The notes under the pieces were generated by a model. The model saw nothing but the letters and a program-made list of their open reading frames with translations. It made no database searches and was not told the origin of the DNA. Of a DNA stretch of 64,000 nucleotides, positions 41,030 through 55,183 are shown piece by piece (position 1 is the first letter of the stretch; the number at the start of each line of letters is the position of its first letter). Origin of the DNA: Eledone cirrhosa (lineage: Eukaryota). The position numbers and the translations under genes were made by a program. The stretch lies in NCBI GenBank assembly GCA_964016885.1, contig OZ024749.1:33046001-33110000 (forward strand). Direction: 5' to 3'.

Positions 41030-41272
41030 TGGAACAGCCTGCTCGAGAAATTAATGTGCAAGGGGCCAAGCATTTCACAGACACGTGTACCCATAACGCA
41101 GTTATCAGCGAGAGTCAAAGCTAGTCCTTTGAATTAGAAGTTCAACTCATATTTTATCCAATTGGATTGGAGCAACGTGAAATAAAGTGTCTTGCTGAAG
41201 GACACAACGCCCCAGTGGGAATCGAAAACACAACCTTACGATCGTAAAATGAATCAGTAAGCCACGCGCCGT
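41030..41272 (-). mobile_element. tRNA-derived CORE-like SINE
   Basis: Minus strand TTCGATTCCC B box then GTGTCCTTCAGCAAGACACTTTATTTCACGTTGCTCCA; plus-strand relative at 47860-48121. Confidence 0.7.
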
Positions 41273-41449
41273 CCCTAGATGAAAATATAGGGATAAGAAA
41301 CAAGATATATATTGCGTCCATTTAATTGAAATATATTGATAAATACCAATATTAGACATGAGGATAGTGAAATGTCCGCACATGCGGCGCACATGTATGA
41401 AATGGCAGTAATAAAATTCATACCCAGAAGAGAAACACCATAAACGAAG

Positions 41450-41960
41450 CAGAACAAATAGAAATTAATAGAATAAAGCAGATCCTGGTCAATAAAGGTT
41501 CTACGAACAAGTTAGTAAACCAAGTTAAAGAACAACAAAGAATAAATATATCGCAGTGAATACTACAGATAGCTTACCAGGTAAAACCAAACAGACCGTA
41601 CATAAAAGTATATTATATGAACCAAATGCATTCTAGTTATAGAATAGAGACATAACTTATATAAAAAAACCTCCATAAAACAGAACATGACATGCAGGCG
41701 AACGATTATAAGCTAACATTAATTGTTTCTACTTTAGGCACAAGGCCAGCAATTACCCAGTGCATTACTGGTACGTTATTTTATCGACCCCGTAAGGATG
41801 AAAGGCAAAGTCAACCTCGGCGGGATTTGAACTCAGATCGTAAAGGGACGTAACTATGCTGGAAAGCATGGCGTCCGACCCTCTACCGATACTGCCAATC
41901 TAACATTGTTATATTATCAGACACCAAAATTAATATTTTCATGACTAACCACAAACCACA
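41450..41960 (+). pseudogene. Penelope-like element thumb/linker remnant, split by a SINE
   Basis: EINRIKQILVNKGSTNKLVNQV (41461) and KVYYMNQMHSSYRIE (41605) resemble PLE RT-thumb/linker motifs. Confidence 0.55.
41721..41900 (-). mobile_element. tRNA-derived SINE with TSD CTAACATT
   Basis: CTAACATT at 41713-41720 and 41900-41907. Confidence 0.9.
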
Positions 41961-42032
41961 AACATGTGAATACAGTTTAACCAAACTTCAGATAAAGGAT
42001 ATAATTCACCATACTGTATGTTAACAACAGCA

Positions 42033-42535
42033 TCCATGTTATAACCCTGTTACACTGTCCATGTTACAACTGTTTTACTGTGCATGTTACAACTGTCTTA
42101 CACTATCAATGTTACAACTGCGTTACTATGCATGTTACAACTGCGTTACTATGCATGTTACAACTGTGTTACATTGTCAATGATACAACCCTGTTACACT
42201 GTCCTATTACAACCGTGTTATACAGTCCATGTTTCAACCGTGTTACACCGTCAATGTTACATCTGTGTTACACCGTCCATGTTACAACTGTGTTACCCTG
42301 TCAATGTTACAACTGTTTTACTGTCCATGTTACAACTGTGTTACAGTTACACCGTCACTGTTACAACTGTGTTACCCTGTCAATGTTACAAACCTGTTAC
42401 ACTGTCATGTTACAACATTGTTACACATCCCATGTTACAACTGTGTTACACTGTCAATGTTACAACCCTGTGTTACACTGTCCATGTTACAACTGTGTTA
42501 CACTGCCCATGGTACAACACTGTTACACTGTCTAT
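42033..42535. repeat. Degenerate ~25-bp minisatellite
   Basis: Unit approximately TCCATGTTACAACTGTGTTACACTG. Confidence 0.9.
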
Positions 42536-43149
42536 ATAACAACCTCACCAGGCTGCAGTCGCTTTAATACGTAGTTTCTGTTTATTTGTAGCGACCACCA
42601 CTCTGATACGCAAGCAGAAGTTTAAGTCGGAGGGCACTTATGAAACACTCTCTAAAAGGGTGTGGCAGCCCCCAAAATCTTAGGAAACACTACCCTGGAT
42701 AAAGTAATCTTAGATAAACTTAAATACATTGTCTGAAAAAGTAAAAAAGAACACAAAAAAACATGGGCTTGTCATGGGTGGATGCTGAAGCTTTAAAATC
42801 CGACATTAAAGACATCAGTAACACAACATAATTCCGATGACATCTGCCAACAATAACATGTACCATCAATAACTTCTTCATTCTGACGATAAGATTGCGA
42901 AGTTGACGGAGTGAAGGAGTTTAACTGTTGCAAAGCGAAATATGTAAGAACCGCAATAAAGAAGATAAAATATTAAATACAGTCGAGTGTTATTTATACG
43001 TGATTATATTAAAGGTGTTCTTCTCCACAGGATGTCTTACAGCTACTGCCAATATATGTACATATATATATATATATATATATAATGTGTGTGTGTGTAT
43101 ATTTATGTGTGTGTGTATGTGTGTGTGCATATATGTGTGTGTATGTATA

Positions 43150-43180
<31 letters not shown>

Positions 43181-43334
43181 ATATATGTGTATGTGTGTGT
43201 GTGTATATATATGTGTGTATGTATCTATGTATGTATCTATGTATGTATGTACACACACACGTATGTATGTATGTATGTATGTATTAGAAATAGTCGAGCT
43301 GGACACTCGATAGCGCTGTTAAACCACTGGGAGT

Positions 43335-43550
43335 GAAGGACCCCTAGCCTTTGTCAGGGCATCCTTCTAGGAGAAGGCAACTCAGGAAACTCGGATAAAT
43401 CCGATATAAAATCTGCGGCTCAGTAGTTACCGATGATGTTGATCTTTTCTTCTTTTCTTGTTATAGCTACTGTCGCTCAGAGAGTGGGATTGGCTCAGTG
43501 CATAGTATTTCCTCACTTTAAAAAATATCTTCACGCACAGGCATTGCACG
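43335..43550 (+). mobile_element. RTE 5'UTR-like fragment
   Basis: Homologous to 60445-60636 (TAGCCTTTGTCA..CTAGGAGAAGG..GAGAGTGGGA..CACAGGCATTGC). Confidence 0.65.
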
Positions 43551-43561
43551 ATAGAATTAAT

Positions 43562-43737
43562 TAATTGTTTCTACTTTAGGCATAAGGCCAGCAATTACCC
43601 AGTACATTACTGGTACTTTATTTTATCGACCCCGTAAGGATGAAAGGCAAACTCAACCTCGGCGGGATTTGAACTCAGATCGTAAAGGGACGTAACTATG
43701 CTGGAAAGCATGGCGTGCGACCCTCTACTGATACTGC
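43562..43737 (-). mobile_element. tRNA-derived SINE, major family
   Basis: Homology to other copies. Confidence 0.88.
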
Positions 43738-43893
43738 CTCTCGACGTGATTGATGAAGAAATCCTCGTTAATTATTGCATATATAATTTGTCAGAATCGT
43801 TAGGGTTAGGGTGTCTGATTAAAAATACCTCGGTAGTCGTTCCTGAGCGCCTCGCTCTGAGTTCAAATCCAACCAAGGTCAATGTTGCCTTTC

Positions 43894-45727
43894 ATTATTT
43901 CGAGATCAAAGGGCGGTGGATTGGCAGTATCGGTAGAGGGTCGGACGCCATGCTTTCCAGCATAGTTACGTCTCTTTACGATCTGAGTTCAAATCCCGCC
44001 GAGGTTGACTTTACCTTTCATCCTTACGGGGTCGATAAAATAAAGTACCAGTAATGCACTGGGTATTTGCTGGCCTTGTGCCTAAAGTAGAAACAATTAT
44101 TTCGAGGTCAAAGGGCGGTGGATTGGCAGTATCAGTAGAGGGTCGGACGCCATGCTTTCCAGCATAGTTACGTCTCTTTACGATCTGAGTTCAAATCCCG
44201 CCGAGGTTGACTTTGCCTTTCATCCTTACGGGGTCGATAAAATAAAGTACCAGTAATGCACTGGGTAATTGCTGGCCTTGTGCCTAAAGTAGAAACAATT
44301 ATTTCGAGGTCAAAGGGCGGTGGATTGGCAGTATCAGTAGAGGGTCGGACGCCATGCTTTCCAGCATAGTTACGTCTCTTTACGATCTGAGTTCAAATCC
44401 CGCCGAGGTTGACTTTGCCTTTCATCCTTACGGGGTCGATAAAATAAAGTACCAGTAATGCACTGGGTAATTGCTGGCCTTGTGCCTAAAGTAGAAACAA
44501 TTATTTCGAGGTCAAAGGGCGGTGGATTGGCAGTATCAGTAGAGGGTCGGACGCCATGCTTTCCAGCATAGTTACGTCCCTTTACGATCTGAGTTCAAAT
44601 CCCGCCGAGGTTGACTTTGCCTTTCATCCTTACGGGGTCGATAAAATAAAGTACCAGTAATGCACTGGGTAATTGCTGGCCTTGTGCCTAAAGTAGAAAC
44701 AATTATTTCGAGGTCAAAGGGCGGTGGATTGGCAGTATCAGTAGAGGGTCGGACGCCATGCTTTCCAGCATAGTTACGTCCCTTTACGATCTGAGTTCAA
44801 ATCCCGCCGAGGTTGACTTTGCCTTTCATCCTTACGGGGTCGATAAAATAAAGTACCAGTAATGCACTGGGTATTTGCTGGCCTTGTGCCTAAAGTAGAA
44901 ACAATTATTTCGAGGTCAAAGGGCGGTGGATTAGCAGTATCAGTAGAGGGTCGGACGCCATGCTTTCCAGCATAGTTACGTCTCTTTACGATCTGAGTTC
45001 AAATCCCGCCGAGGTTGACTTTGCCTTTCATCCTTACGGGGTCGATAAAATAAAGTACCAGTAATGCACTGGATAATTGCTGGCCTTGTGCCTAAAGTAG
45101 AAACAATTATTTCGAGGTCAAAGGGCGGTGGATTGGCAGTATCAGTAGAGGGTCGGACGCCATGCTTTCCAGCATAGTTACGTCTCTTTACGATCTGAGT
45201 TCAAATCCCGCCGAGGTTGACTTTGCCTTTCATCCTTACGGGGTCGATAAAATAAAGTACCAGTAATGCACTGGATAATTGCTGGCCTTGTGCCTAAAGT
45301 AGAAACAATTATTTCGAGGTCAAAGGGCGGTGGATTGGCAGTATCAGTAGAGGGTCGGACGCCATGCTTTCCAGCATAGTTACGTCTCTTTACGATCTGA
45401 GTTCAAATCCCGCCGAGGTTGACTTTGCCTTTCATCCTTACGGGGTCGATAAAATAAAGTACCAGTAATGCACTGGATAATTGCTGGCCTTGTGCCTAAA
45501 GTAGAAACAATTATTTCGAGGTCAAAGGGCGGTGGATTGGCAGTATCAGTAGAGGGTCGGACGCCATGCTTTCCAGCATAGTTACGTCTCTTTACGATCT
45601 GAGTTCAAATCCCGCCGAGGTTGACTTTGCCTTTCATCCTTACGGGGTCGATAAAATAAAGTACCAGTAATGCACTGGGTATTTGCTGGCCTTGTGCCTA
45701 AAGTAGAAACAATTATTTCGAGGTCAA
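43894..45727 (+). repeat. Tandem array of 9 full-length SINEs (202-bp period) nested in an older SINE
   Basis: Units start at 43909, 44111, 44313, 44515, 44717, 44919, 45121, 45323 and 45525; each junction is ATTATTTCGAG(A/G)TCAA. Confidence 0.95.
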
Positions 45728-46661
45728 TAAATAAAGTACCAGTCCTCTACTGCGGTCGATTCTTCCTCATTCTTTCTTTCTTTGGAAGGGACCAGTTGTG
45801 TCCCACCTGGCGAGGAATGGGCTTCGCTTGTTTTAAAGATACGCAGTGTGTCTGGGCAGCACTTCCTATGACCCTACAAGAAGTTAAGGGCACTGGTAAA
45901 AAATATATAACTAGGAGCGATATAATCGACTTTCTCTTCCATTCGTCAAATTCCATTGCTGTTCTTGTGCCTAAATTTGAAACTATTATAGTTTATCAAA
46001 ATGTTCAGTTTAAAAAAAAAAAGAAAAAAAAAAAGATAGCAGAAATTATGGAAGAGAAAATTTCAAAGGCGCCTTTCAAGTTAACAGAATCTGACAAAAT
46101 TAATGAATGCCTTGGATAATAACTACGCCGCCCCCTCCCTTGCTTATTTTTTTTTTTACACATAAAATTATTTTATCTTTGGAACAATTCCTCACTTTAA
46201 TCATTATTGCAAAGTGATTTTCTTTATAGTTGTCTTTTAAGATTAAATTTAGCTACTTTAAATGTTAAATGTGTCGTCTGCTCATAACTGATCAGTCAAT
46301 GTGTTTTTGAGTTATATAATTCATATGAAATTATTTCTATGATAAAAAAACAAATTGTTTACGTGCTAAATTCTGTTGAATTCTTTAGTATAGTTCATAT
46401 GAAGCGTTCTTTTACTCTCTCACTGGCTTCAGTCATTAGACTGCCGCCATACTTGAGCACCATTTAAAAAGGTGGTGACGGTGGTGGCGGTGGTGGTGGG
46501 GTTTAGTCTATTATATCGCTCCCAGTACTTATCTTTTCAAGTTAGGTACTTTTTTTTTTTTATAGAACTTTGTTTTTGAATAACAGTAAGTTGCAATAAA
46601 CGGACCTCCTCCCCCCTCACACACATGCACCCCTGCACACACACACACACACACACACACG

Positions 46662-46726
<65 letters not shown>

Positions 46727-46826
46727 CCATCCGTGTGATGTTGACTTATGCGAGAATGAGTATTCGATACCGAAGTAGACCATAATATAATAATAATAGA
46801 CTTCATAATAAATAATACACACACGC

Positions 46827-46857
<31 letters not shown>

Positions 46858-46963
46858 AAAGGATGTCCCCCCAAAAATGAATACACATTTCAACAGCATT
46901 CTAATAAATATTACCTGCACAGGTAATCAAAGTGTGTATACGTTTTTTTGGGACACCCTATAA

Positions 46964-46994
<31 letters not shown>

Positions 46995-47859
46995 TCTCCC
47001 CACTCCTCTCTCTCTAAACACACGCACCCCCCCACATACCCCCCCCACATATGTAACATATGTAATATCAGAAAACAAAACAAGATCTTCTTCGAAGTAG
47101 AACACGAAACCATTTCTAAAGCTTCATCGTTGAAGGTGTAGAATCGATACAAATACCAGTTCAGTGTTCAATAACAATACACAGCAAATAACATAGATAA
47201 GGTTATTGCTAAAGGTTAAAATAATATATTAGTCACATGTGCAGAGATTTCCCTATAAGATTCTTCAGGAAAAAAATAAATTTTAAGATAAAAATTGAAA
47301 AGAAAGAAAAAAATTATCCCACTCTGTGTTAGATTTGTGAAAGATAGAACTTAAAAAAAAATAAAAAGAACATTTTTTTTTCATCGAAAAGTCACGGAAA
47401 GTCACGGAAAGTCACGAAACACCTTCTACCCCTTCTCCACTTAAAGAATAACAAAACATTACTAATTATTACTTCTGTCAGAAATATCAATTGATTCATC
47501 TTGTTAAGTTGAAAATAATCATTTCCTCCGAAAAATCCATGCTGCATACGTATATTTCTTCTTCTTCTTTTTCTTTTTCTTTTTTTTTCTTTTTGTTTTT
47601 TTTTCTTTTTCTTTTTCTTTTTCTTTTTCTTTTTCTTCTTCTTCTTTTTCTTCTTCTTCTAGTGTATCCTGTCGATAACTAAATCTTGTAGGTCACTAAT
47701 GCTAAATACCATTCGTCTTAGTTGACAATTCTCCGCAACAATTCTTTTCCAAATTATTTGGGAATCATAGATTTCGTCTTTCATTAGAAATATGGTAATG
47801 AAAGTTTGAATATTGTGTCTTGTATGTTTCTTCTCATCAAACTGTATTTCTTTCTCTTG

Positions 47860-48121
47860 GCTAACTACATAAGGTCGTGAGTTCAATTCACAGCGCCGTG
47901 TTGTGTCCTTCAGCAAGACACTTTATTTCATGCTGCTCCAGTCCGCTCAGGTGAGTTGTACCTGAAATACAATATACATCATTGTGTCAAGCTGACTCTC
48001 CTCGAATACTTCCTTAAGGCTACACGTGTTTGTGAAATGCTTAGCCACATAGTCATTAATTCTAAGAGTAGGCAGTTCCATTGTTTGAACAACTGGAACA
48101 CTCAGCGTCGAAACCGACGGA
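47860..48121 (+). mobile_element. tRNA-derived CORE-like SINE
   Basis: GAGTTCAATTC B box; GTGTCCTTCAGCAAGACACTTTATTTCA core. Confidence 0.7.
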
Positions 48122-48290
48122 GGTTCAAAACACGTAAGTACACACACACACACACTCACACACACACACTCACACTCACACAAATAGCATCAACAAAAAT
48201 AACTACTACTGTACTTGATTCGGGAAAACTTTACTAATTTGAAAGGCTCTACATTTCTTCTGTTTTTATTTTTTAATATTACATCTGTCA

Positions 48291-49052
48291 GGGGTGGAGA
48301 ATTGGCAGTATCGGTAGAGCGTCGGACGCCATGCTTTCGAGCATAGTTACAGCCCTTTATGATCTGAGTTTAAATCCCGCCGAGGTTAACTTTGCCTTTC
48401 ATCCTTACGGGGTCGATAAGATAAACTACCAGTCACGCACTGGGGGCGATTTAATCGACTTTCCCCTCCATCAAAATTGCTGGCCTTGTGCCTATATAAG
48501 AAACCAATATTACATCTATCAAATATGGTGTAGATTGGCAGTATCGGTAGAGCAATATACTTTATGGACAATATACTTTATGGCATAGGGTTACGCCCAT
48601 TTACGATCTGAGTTCAAATCTCGCCAAGGTTAGCTTTGCCTTTCAACCTTACGGGATCGATAAAATAAAGCATCAGTAATGCACTGTGTGGAGGCACGTA
48701 ACCTAGTGGTAAGGGTGTTGGACTTACGATTATAATGTTGTGGGTTCGATTCCTGGGTTGCGTGTTGTGTTCTTGAGCAAAACACTTAATTTCACATTGC
48801 TCCAGTACACTCAGCTGAAAATAAGTGCCAGCAATATCTGGGGGATTTAACCCTGCGATGGACTGGCGTCCTGTCCAGGGTGGGAGAGTCTTGTACTCTC
48901 AGTCGCTTCACGCCATGAAACCTGGATAAGCACCGGCCAAATGAGCCTTCTGGCTTAGAACAGACTTTAGACTTAGAATGCATTGGGGTCGATGTAATCG
49001 ACTTTCTCCTCCCCACAAATTGCTGGCCTTGTGCCTAAAGTAGACCCGATAT
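48291..49052 (+). mobile_element. Two diverged major-family SINEs in tandem, the second split by a CORE-like SINE
   Basis: Copies at 48291-48510 and 48527-48686 + 48986-49052; ATATTACATCT(G/A)TCA occurs before, between and after them. Confidence 0.8.
48687..48976 (+). mobile_element. tRNA-derived CORE-like SINE with TSD AATGCA(C/T)TG
   Basis: A box CCTAGTGGTAAG, B box GGTTCGATTCC; TSD at 48678-48686 and 48977-48985; minus-strand relative at 50780-51015. Confidence 0.8.
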
Positions 49053-49413
49053 TACATCTGTCAATATTTTTATTTCACAATTCGATCACAAATCGATGAT
49101 CTGTGGATCACATGAAAACTGTCATTCGTTCAGCATTACTTTTCTTCAAAGCCACCCAAAACTAAGACATTTAAATAAATGACGTACACTTTAGAATGAA
49201 TTATCATTCTTTGGTTTTTGCTTTTTCCTTGTCTTGTTTTTTTTATTGTTATATATCATATTCCTAAAGTAATCTACACTAAACTTAACAGCCTGGTGAT
49301 TGATCATCGACGCCATTGTAAAATGGTTCTTCGAAGATCAATCGGAAATGACGACAACACATGTCAGTTGTAGTTTGTGAGACGCCATTTTGAAGGATTT
49401 TAATTTCATGGAG

Positions 49414-49529
<116 letters not shown>

Positions 49530-49530
49530 T

Positions 49531-49633
<103 letters not shown>

Positions 49634-49672
49634 CATATATACACACATATATATATATATATATACATATAT

Positions 49673-49729
<57 letters not shown>

Positions 49730-49768
49730 CATATATACACATATATATATATATATATATACATATAT

Positions 49769-49821
<53 letters not shown>

Positions 49822-49822
49822 T

Positions 49823-49869
<47 letters not shown>

Positions 49870-49883
49870 CATATATACACACA

Positions 49884-49914
<31 letters not shown>

Positions 49915-50303
49915 TTATATATACATTTATATATTTTAAAGTGCTAGTGAACGCTAATAGTGAAATAAAAGTACTGCATTACTTATCCAGAATGACTTCA
50001 GACAATGATTAAACCATCACCACCACCACCACCACGGATACCACCATTACGGATACCACCATCAGCATCACAATAAGCACAACCAGCATCACCACCACCA
50101 CCACCACCATCACATTTACCACCATCAGCACCCCCACACCACCATCATGACCCCTACACCAGCATCACACTCCCAACCCCACCACTAAGTTTTCTTCACG
50201 TGCTTAATATAATTTGAAGAAAACTTATCCGGGAGCTTCCAACAGAAATGGTCGCATTCTTTAAGGGTATGTCAATATTTATTTATAAAACTGCTCTATA
50301 TTA

Positions 50304-50368
50304 TATTTTATCTGATGAAAGCACACCATAATTTAACTTGGTGTCCTTGAAATATGTATAATGAAATA
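50304..50368 (+). ncRNA. Type I hammerhead ribozyme motif (family A)
   Basis: TATTTTAT-CTGATGA-AAGCACACC..GGTGTCCTT-GAAA-TATGTA-TA-ATGAAATA. Confidence 0.78.
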
Positions 50369-50779
50369 AATATGGTTTTATAAATATAGTTTCCATTTGT
50401 TAATATATCGTATATATATATATATATATATACATACATTGAGGTGGGGGGTCTTGTTGCCAATAAAAACACATGCATCTGTTGCTTTTTCACTTCAATT
50501 TATTATAAACTTTTAGTTGGTTAGTATAGTAACCGGATGGCTGTTTATTTGTTTATAGTCAAATCTCTTTCGTCACACATTACAGTGGATGCGGTCACCG
50601 ATGAAATATATTCTCTTAGATGGAAGCAGTAGAGCAAATAATTAGCCATGCAATAGATTGTGTAGAAATCGAAGACTTTTAGTGAGTAGGTTCAAATTCG
50701 AACATCGATCTGCTGCTGCGTAAAAAACAAATAGAAGTAAAGAACAGACAATATCCCCTTATCTTGTAAAGTTTTATCT

Positions 50780-51015
50780 GGTGCTTATCCTGGTTTTATG
50801 GCGTGAAGCGACCGAGAGCACAAAACTTCCCCGTGGACAGGACGCTAGTCTATCACAGGTTTAAACCCCCAGCTATTGCTGGCGCTCATTTTCAGTTGAG
50901 TATACTGGAGCAACGTGAAATGAAGTGTTTTGCTCAAGAGCACAACACGCAACCCAACCCAGGAATCGAACCCACGACATTGTGATCGTAATCCTTACCA
51001 CTAGGTCACGCGCTT
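50780..51015 (-). mobile_element. CORE-like SINE
   Basis: Reverse-complement homology to 48687-48976. Confidence 0.8.
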
Positions 51016-51373
51016 TGTAATTTGTATATGTTTGTGTTGTGGAGGACATGTTCAACACAGCTTTTGATTCATTTCGTGGGATTTTCTCCCACTGCGCAGA
51101 ATAGTATTCGTTTTTCCAATTAATATTCATTTTCCCGAAAATACAAATGTATTTTACAAAACAGTAAAATCCGCAGAGTCATTGCTTATTTCCGATTGGT
51201 CTGTGTAGTAATCAATTTAAATTTTAAGTGAAATTAATATCCTCACAACAAAACAAAATATGACCACATTATATACACAGCAGAAAACATCCATTGCTGC
51301 ACCACATGTTATATGGTGCAATGTATCAACAAATAAGAACGTGTGTTTATATAAGAAATCACTATCATTTATG

Positions 51374-51563
51374 AGGTGGATTGGCAGTATCGGTAGAGAG
51401 TCGGACGCCATACTTTGCAGCATAGAGTTACGGCCCTTTCCATTCTGAGTTCAAATCCCGCCAAGGTTAACTTTTCCTTTCATCGTTACGGGGTCGATAA
51501 AATAAAGTACCAGTAATGTACTGGGTAATTGCTGGCCTTGTACCAAAAGTAGAAACAATTATT
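51374..51563 (+). mobile_element. tRNA-derived SINE, major family
   Basis: Full-length homology; ATTTATGAGGT occurs at both ends (TSD-like). Confidence 0.9.
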
Positions 51564-51914
51564 TATGAGGTATTGTGTTATAGTTCTAACTTTCGTGTTA
51601 CATAATACTCTGATATATAGATAATAGGTTCGTCTTAAAAGAGAATTTATGACTGACATTTGGTATCTAAGTAGGCACTCACTTATCCAGGTGTAAAACA
51701 GAAACGTCGGAGTCAGAAGGAAATAGAAACTGTACCTCATGTTAAAAATTACAGATAATACTCAAGTAATAAAACCACTTAGACACAGAATCATTGAAAC
51801 CAAGATTAGTCTCAGCTACAGGTAAACAGAAACTCTGTGTCAACAGCCTGTGCAGTTTGGCAGTGAAGTTTTATGGTGTGGTGTTAGCAACACGACCTTT
51901 TACCGGGGTCCTTA

Positions 51915-52375
51915 TTGACACTACAACAGCAACGTGCTGTCCATACTCTTGTACGGAAGTGAAACATGGCACCTTAAGACCAGCCAAGAGAAGAAGTTGG
52001 ACGCATTCGATTCCAGGTGTCTGCGAAAGATCCTGGGGATTAAATGGAGTGGCCATGTAACAAACCAGGAAGTCAGTAACCGCACCAAACAGCAGCAAGT
52101 CTCTTCTACCATCTGCAAGCGACGCCTGGGCTGGTTTGGACACGCTTTGAGACTTCCCCCGGAGAGACTGGCGAACCAAGTACTTAAATGGAACCCACAG
52201 GGAAGCAGACGGAGAGGGCGACCCAAAATGAACTGGCGCCAGACAGTTGAGAGGGACCTGCGAGCGACAAACAGACAATGGCGGGACGCTGTGCAACTGG
52301 CTGCTGACCGAACGCGGTGGAACACTATGATTGCCTCATGCGTCGCAAGACGCGGGAGCTTCTGAGTCTGAGTCT
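51915..52375 (+). mobile_element. RTE-clade LINE 3' fragment
   Basis: VLSILLYGSETWHL..LDAFDSRCLRKILGIKW..RRLGWFGHALR..GSRRRGRPKMNWRQTVERDL..DRTRW; short (TCTGAG)n tail. Confidence 0.9.
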
Positions 52376-52667
52376 TATGGACACTATACCTGTATGAAAT
52401 ATAGTTACAAGAGTGATGAGTTTCGTGTATGATTCATACACGAAACATTTACCACGCTCCCTAAGGTTTCAAAGCATAAGTGCAGAATGCATCTTCAAAA
52501 AGAAAAATCCAAGTAACATCGTATATAACTACAGCACCCTTACGACTCCACCAGAAGTTACGAGTAAAAGAAGAGGAAGAAAAATAAGAAGTGGAAGAAA
52601 AAGAGGAGGAAGAAGTAGAAGAGGAAGAAAAATGAGAAGAAAGCGATATTTATAAACATCTTAACTA

Positions 52668-52847
52668 ATCCATTTCCCGACGCCGAAGACGCTTCGTCCT
52701 CGAGGACGAGGACGCACCCTAATTTTGACAACCAAAAATTTGAAAAAAAAAAATAATAAACAACCCTTGGCCTCCAGGACGCATGATAGATTTTTGAGAT
52801 TTATTTTAGGAAAAAAGTAGCGTCGTCGACGCCGGGAAATGCGGTAA
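52668..52847. mobile_element. pogo/Tigger-like MITE
   Basis: Imperfect TIRs CATTTCCCGACGCCGAAGACGC / GCGTCGTCGACGCCGGGAAATGCGGTA. Confidence 0.6.
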
Positions 52848-53331
52848 TTAAATCTTCCTCACCAGGTTATAAATTGAAACAGGGATGGGTGGATGGGTTG
52901 TCATAGTCGAGTTGATCAACCTTAGTGTATTACTGAGGCAAAAGTTATCAAACCAGGAGAATATAAGCCAAAGTAGCCCACACCACCAGCGAGAATTGAA
53001 CACCAAGACAAAATACTGCAAGAAAATTATTTCTGTGTTTTTTTTTTAAATTCTAACAAATTACCGCCTTCTGTCAGAAATAAACATAGCAATATATAAC
53101 TTCGGTGCAAGGTCAGATATTTAGAAGACATGAGTGTATTTTTAGAATTGAATGGACCCCAGGAACGGGAAGGAATAAGACACAGCAATGAAGAGTGAAC
53201 ATATGGTTAATATTTGTGATAGCAAAAAAAACCCCCAAAAAACTATGTTCACAAAAACAATGATGACATAAAAAAAAACAAGTTAAAAAGTAGGGTAACA
53301 TGGATATTACTACTACCACCACCACCATCAA

Positions 53332-53385
<54 letters not shown>

Positions 53386-53696
53386 GATCAGTACCACCAC
53401 AGTAGAAGACACTTCACACAGGTCCAAATCAATTTTCAAATACCATTCGCCGCTGTCAACTAAACAGACGTATGCACACACACACATGCACAAACACACA
53501 CACATACACAAACACATACATACACAAACACATACAAATACACACACACATACACGCACACACACACACACACTCACACACACACACACACACTTACATA
53601 TATATATTCTCACACATATGATTGTTATTCGTTTGAATTTTAAATGTTGATGTATATTCTCGTTTTACTCTCCATATTGTTACTTTGTTATTTAAG

Positions 53697-53992
53697 TGGC
53701 GGTGAATTGGCAGTATCGGTAGAGGGTCGGACGCCATGGTTTGCTACTTAGAGTTACGGCCCTTTATGGTCTGAGTTCAAATCCCGTCGAGGTTAACTTT
53801 ACCTTTCATCCTTACGGGGTCGATAAAATAAAGTACCAGTAATGAACTGGGTGATTGCTGGCCTTGTGCCAAAAGTAGAAACAGTTATTTAAGTTGACTT
53901 TGCCTTTCATCCTTACGGGGTCGATAAAATAAAGTACCAGTAATACACTGGGTAATTGCTGTCCTTGTGCCTAAAGTAGAAACAGTTATTTA
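53697..53992 (+). mobile_element. SINE plus a second 5'-truncated copy in tandem
   Basis: GTTATTTAA occurs before, between and after the copies. Confidence 0.85.
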
Positions 53993-54349
53993 AATGAATA
54001 TTTTTCGAAATAACTTTTCGCAATGAAATTTATTGAAAGTTAAAATAAAGTAGGGAAGACATATTGTTAAGTGGAGCAGAAGAACAGGCCAACTGGAAGA
54101 CATAGTGTTGGGGGTTTTATCTTTTGATGGCGAGAGAGAAGGAGGGAGGGATATATATATATATATATAAATATATACATACACATATATATACACACAC
54201 ACATATATACACACACACATATATATGTGTATATATATACTTACATACATATACACATACATACACACATATATATCAACATATCCATACATACACATAC
54301 ATACAAATACACAAACATGCATACACACACACGCATACACACAAACACA

Positions 54350-54406
<57 letters not shown>

Positions 54407-54993
54407 ATATATATACATATATACACACACATACATATATATACATATATATATATATGTTTATATATATATATATATATGCATGTGTTTGTGTGTGTAT
54501 GCATGTTTGTGTATTTGTATGAATGTGTATGGATATGTTGATATGTATGTGTATGTATACACATATATGTGTGTGTATATGTGTGTATATATGTGTGTAT
54601 GTATATATATATATAAATATGCATATATATATATATAAATATGCATATATATATATATAAATATGCATATATATATATAAATATATATATATAGAGAGAG
54701 AGAGAGGGAGAGAGAGAGAGTATTGTGGGTTTGTGGTTGTGTGAGGATGATAGTTGGAGAAATAGAGATAGATTGAGGTGTTGGGGAGAGAGAGAGAGAG
54801 AGAGATAGGGGAAGGAAGTGATTAAGAAGGCGAGGAGGAAGGATATATATATGAGAGAGAGAGAGATAAAGGTAGAAAGAGAGTGTGTGTGTGAAAGAAA
54901 ATGCGAAGAAGGGGGAGAGATAAATATGTCCGCCACTTCGCAGTGGTCCAATCTATTTCATTATTTAGTAATCGTTATTTAGTAATCCAGATC

Positions 54994-55183
54994 GGTGGAT
55001 TGGCAGTATCGGTAGAGAGTCGAACATCATGCTTTGAAGCATAGAGTTACGTCCCTTTATGATCTGAGTTCAAATCCCACCGAGGTTAACTTTGCCTTTC
55101 ATCCTTACGGGGTCGATAAAATAAAGTACCAGTAATGTACTGGGTAATTGCTGGCCTTGTGCCAAAAAGTAGAAACAGTTATT
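54994..55183 (+). mobile_element. tRNA-derived SINE, major family
   Basis: Full length; GTTATTTAGTAAT on both sides. Confidence 0.9.
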
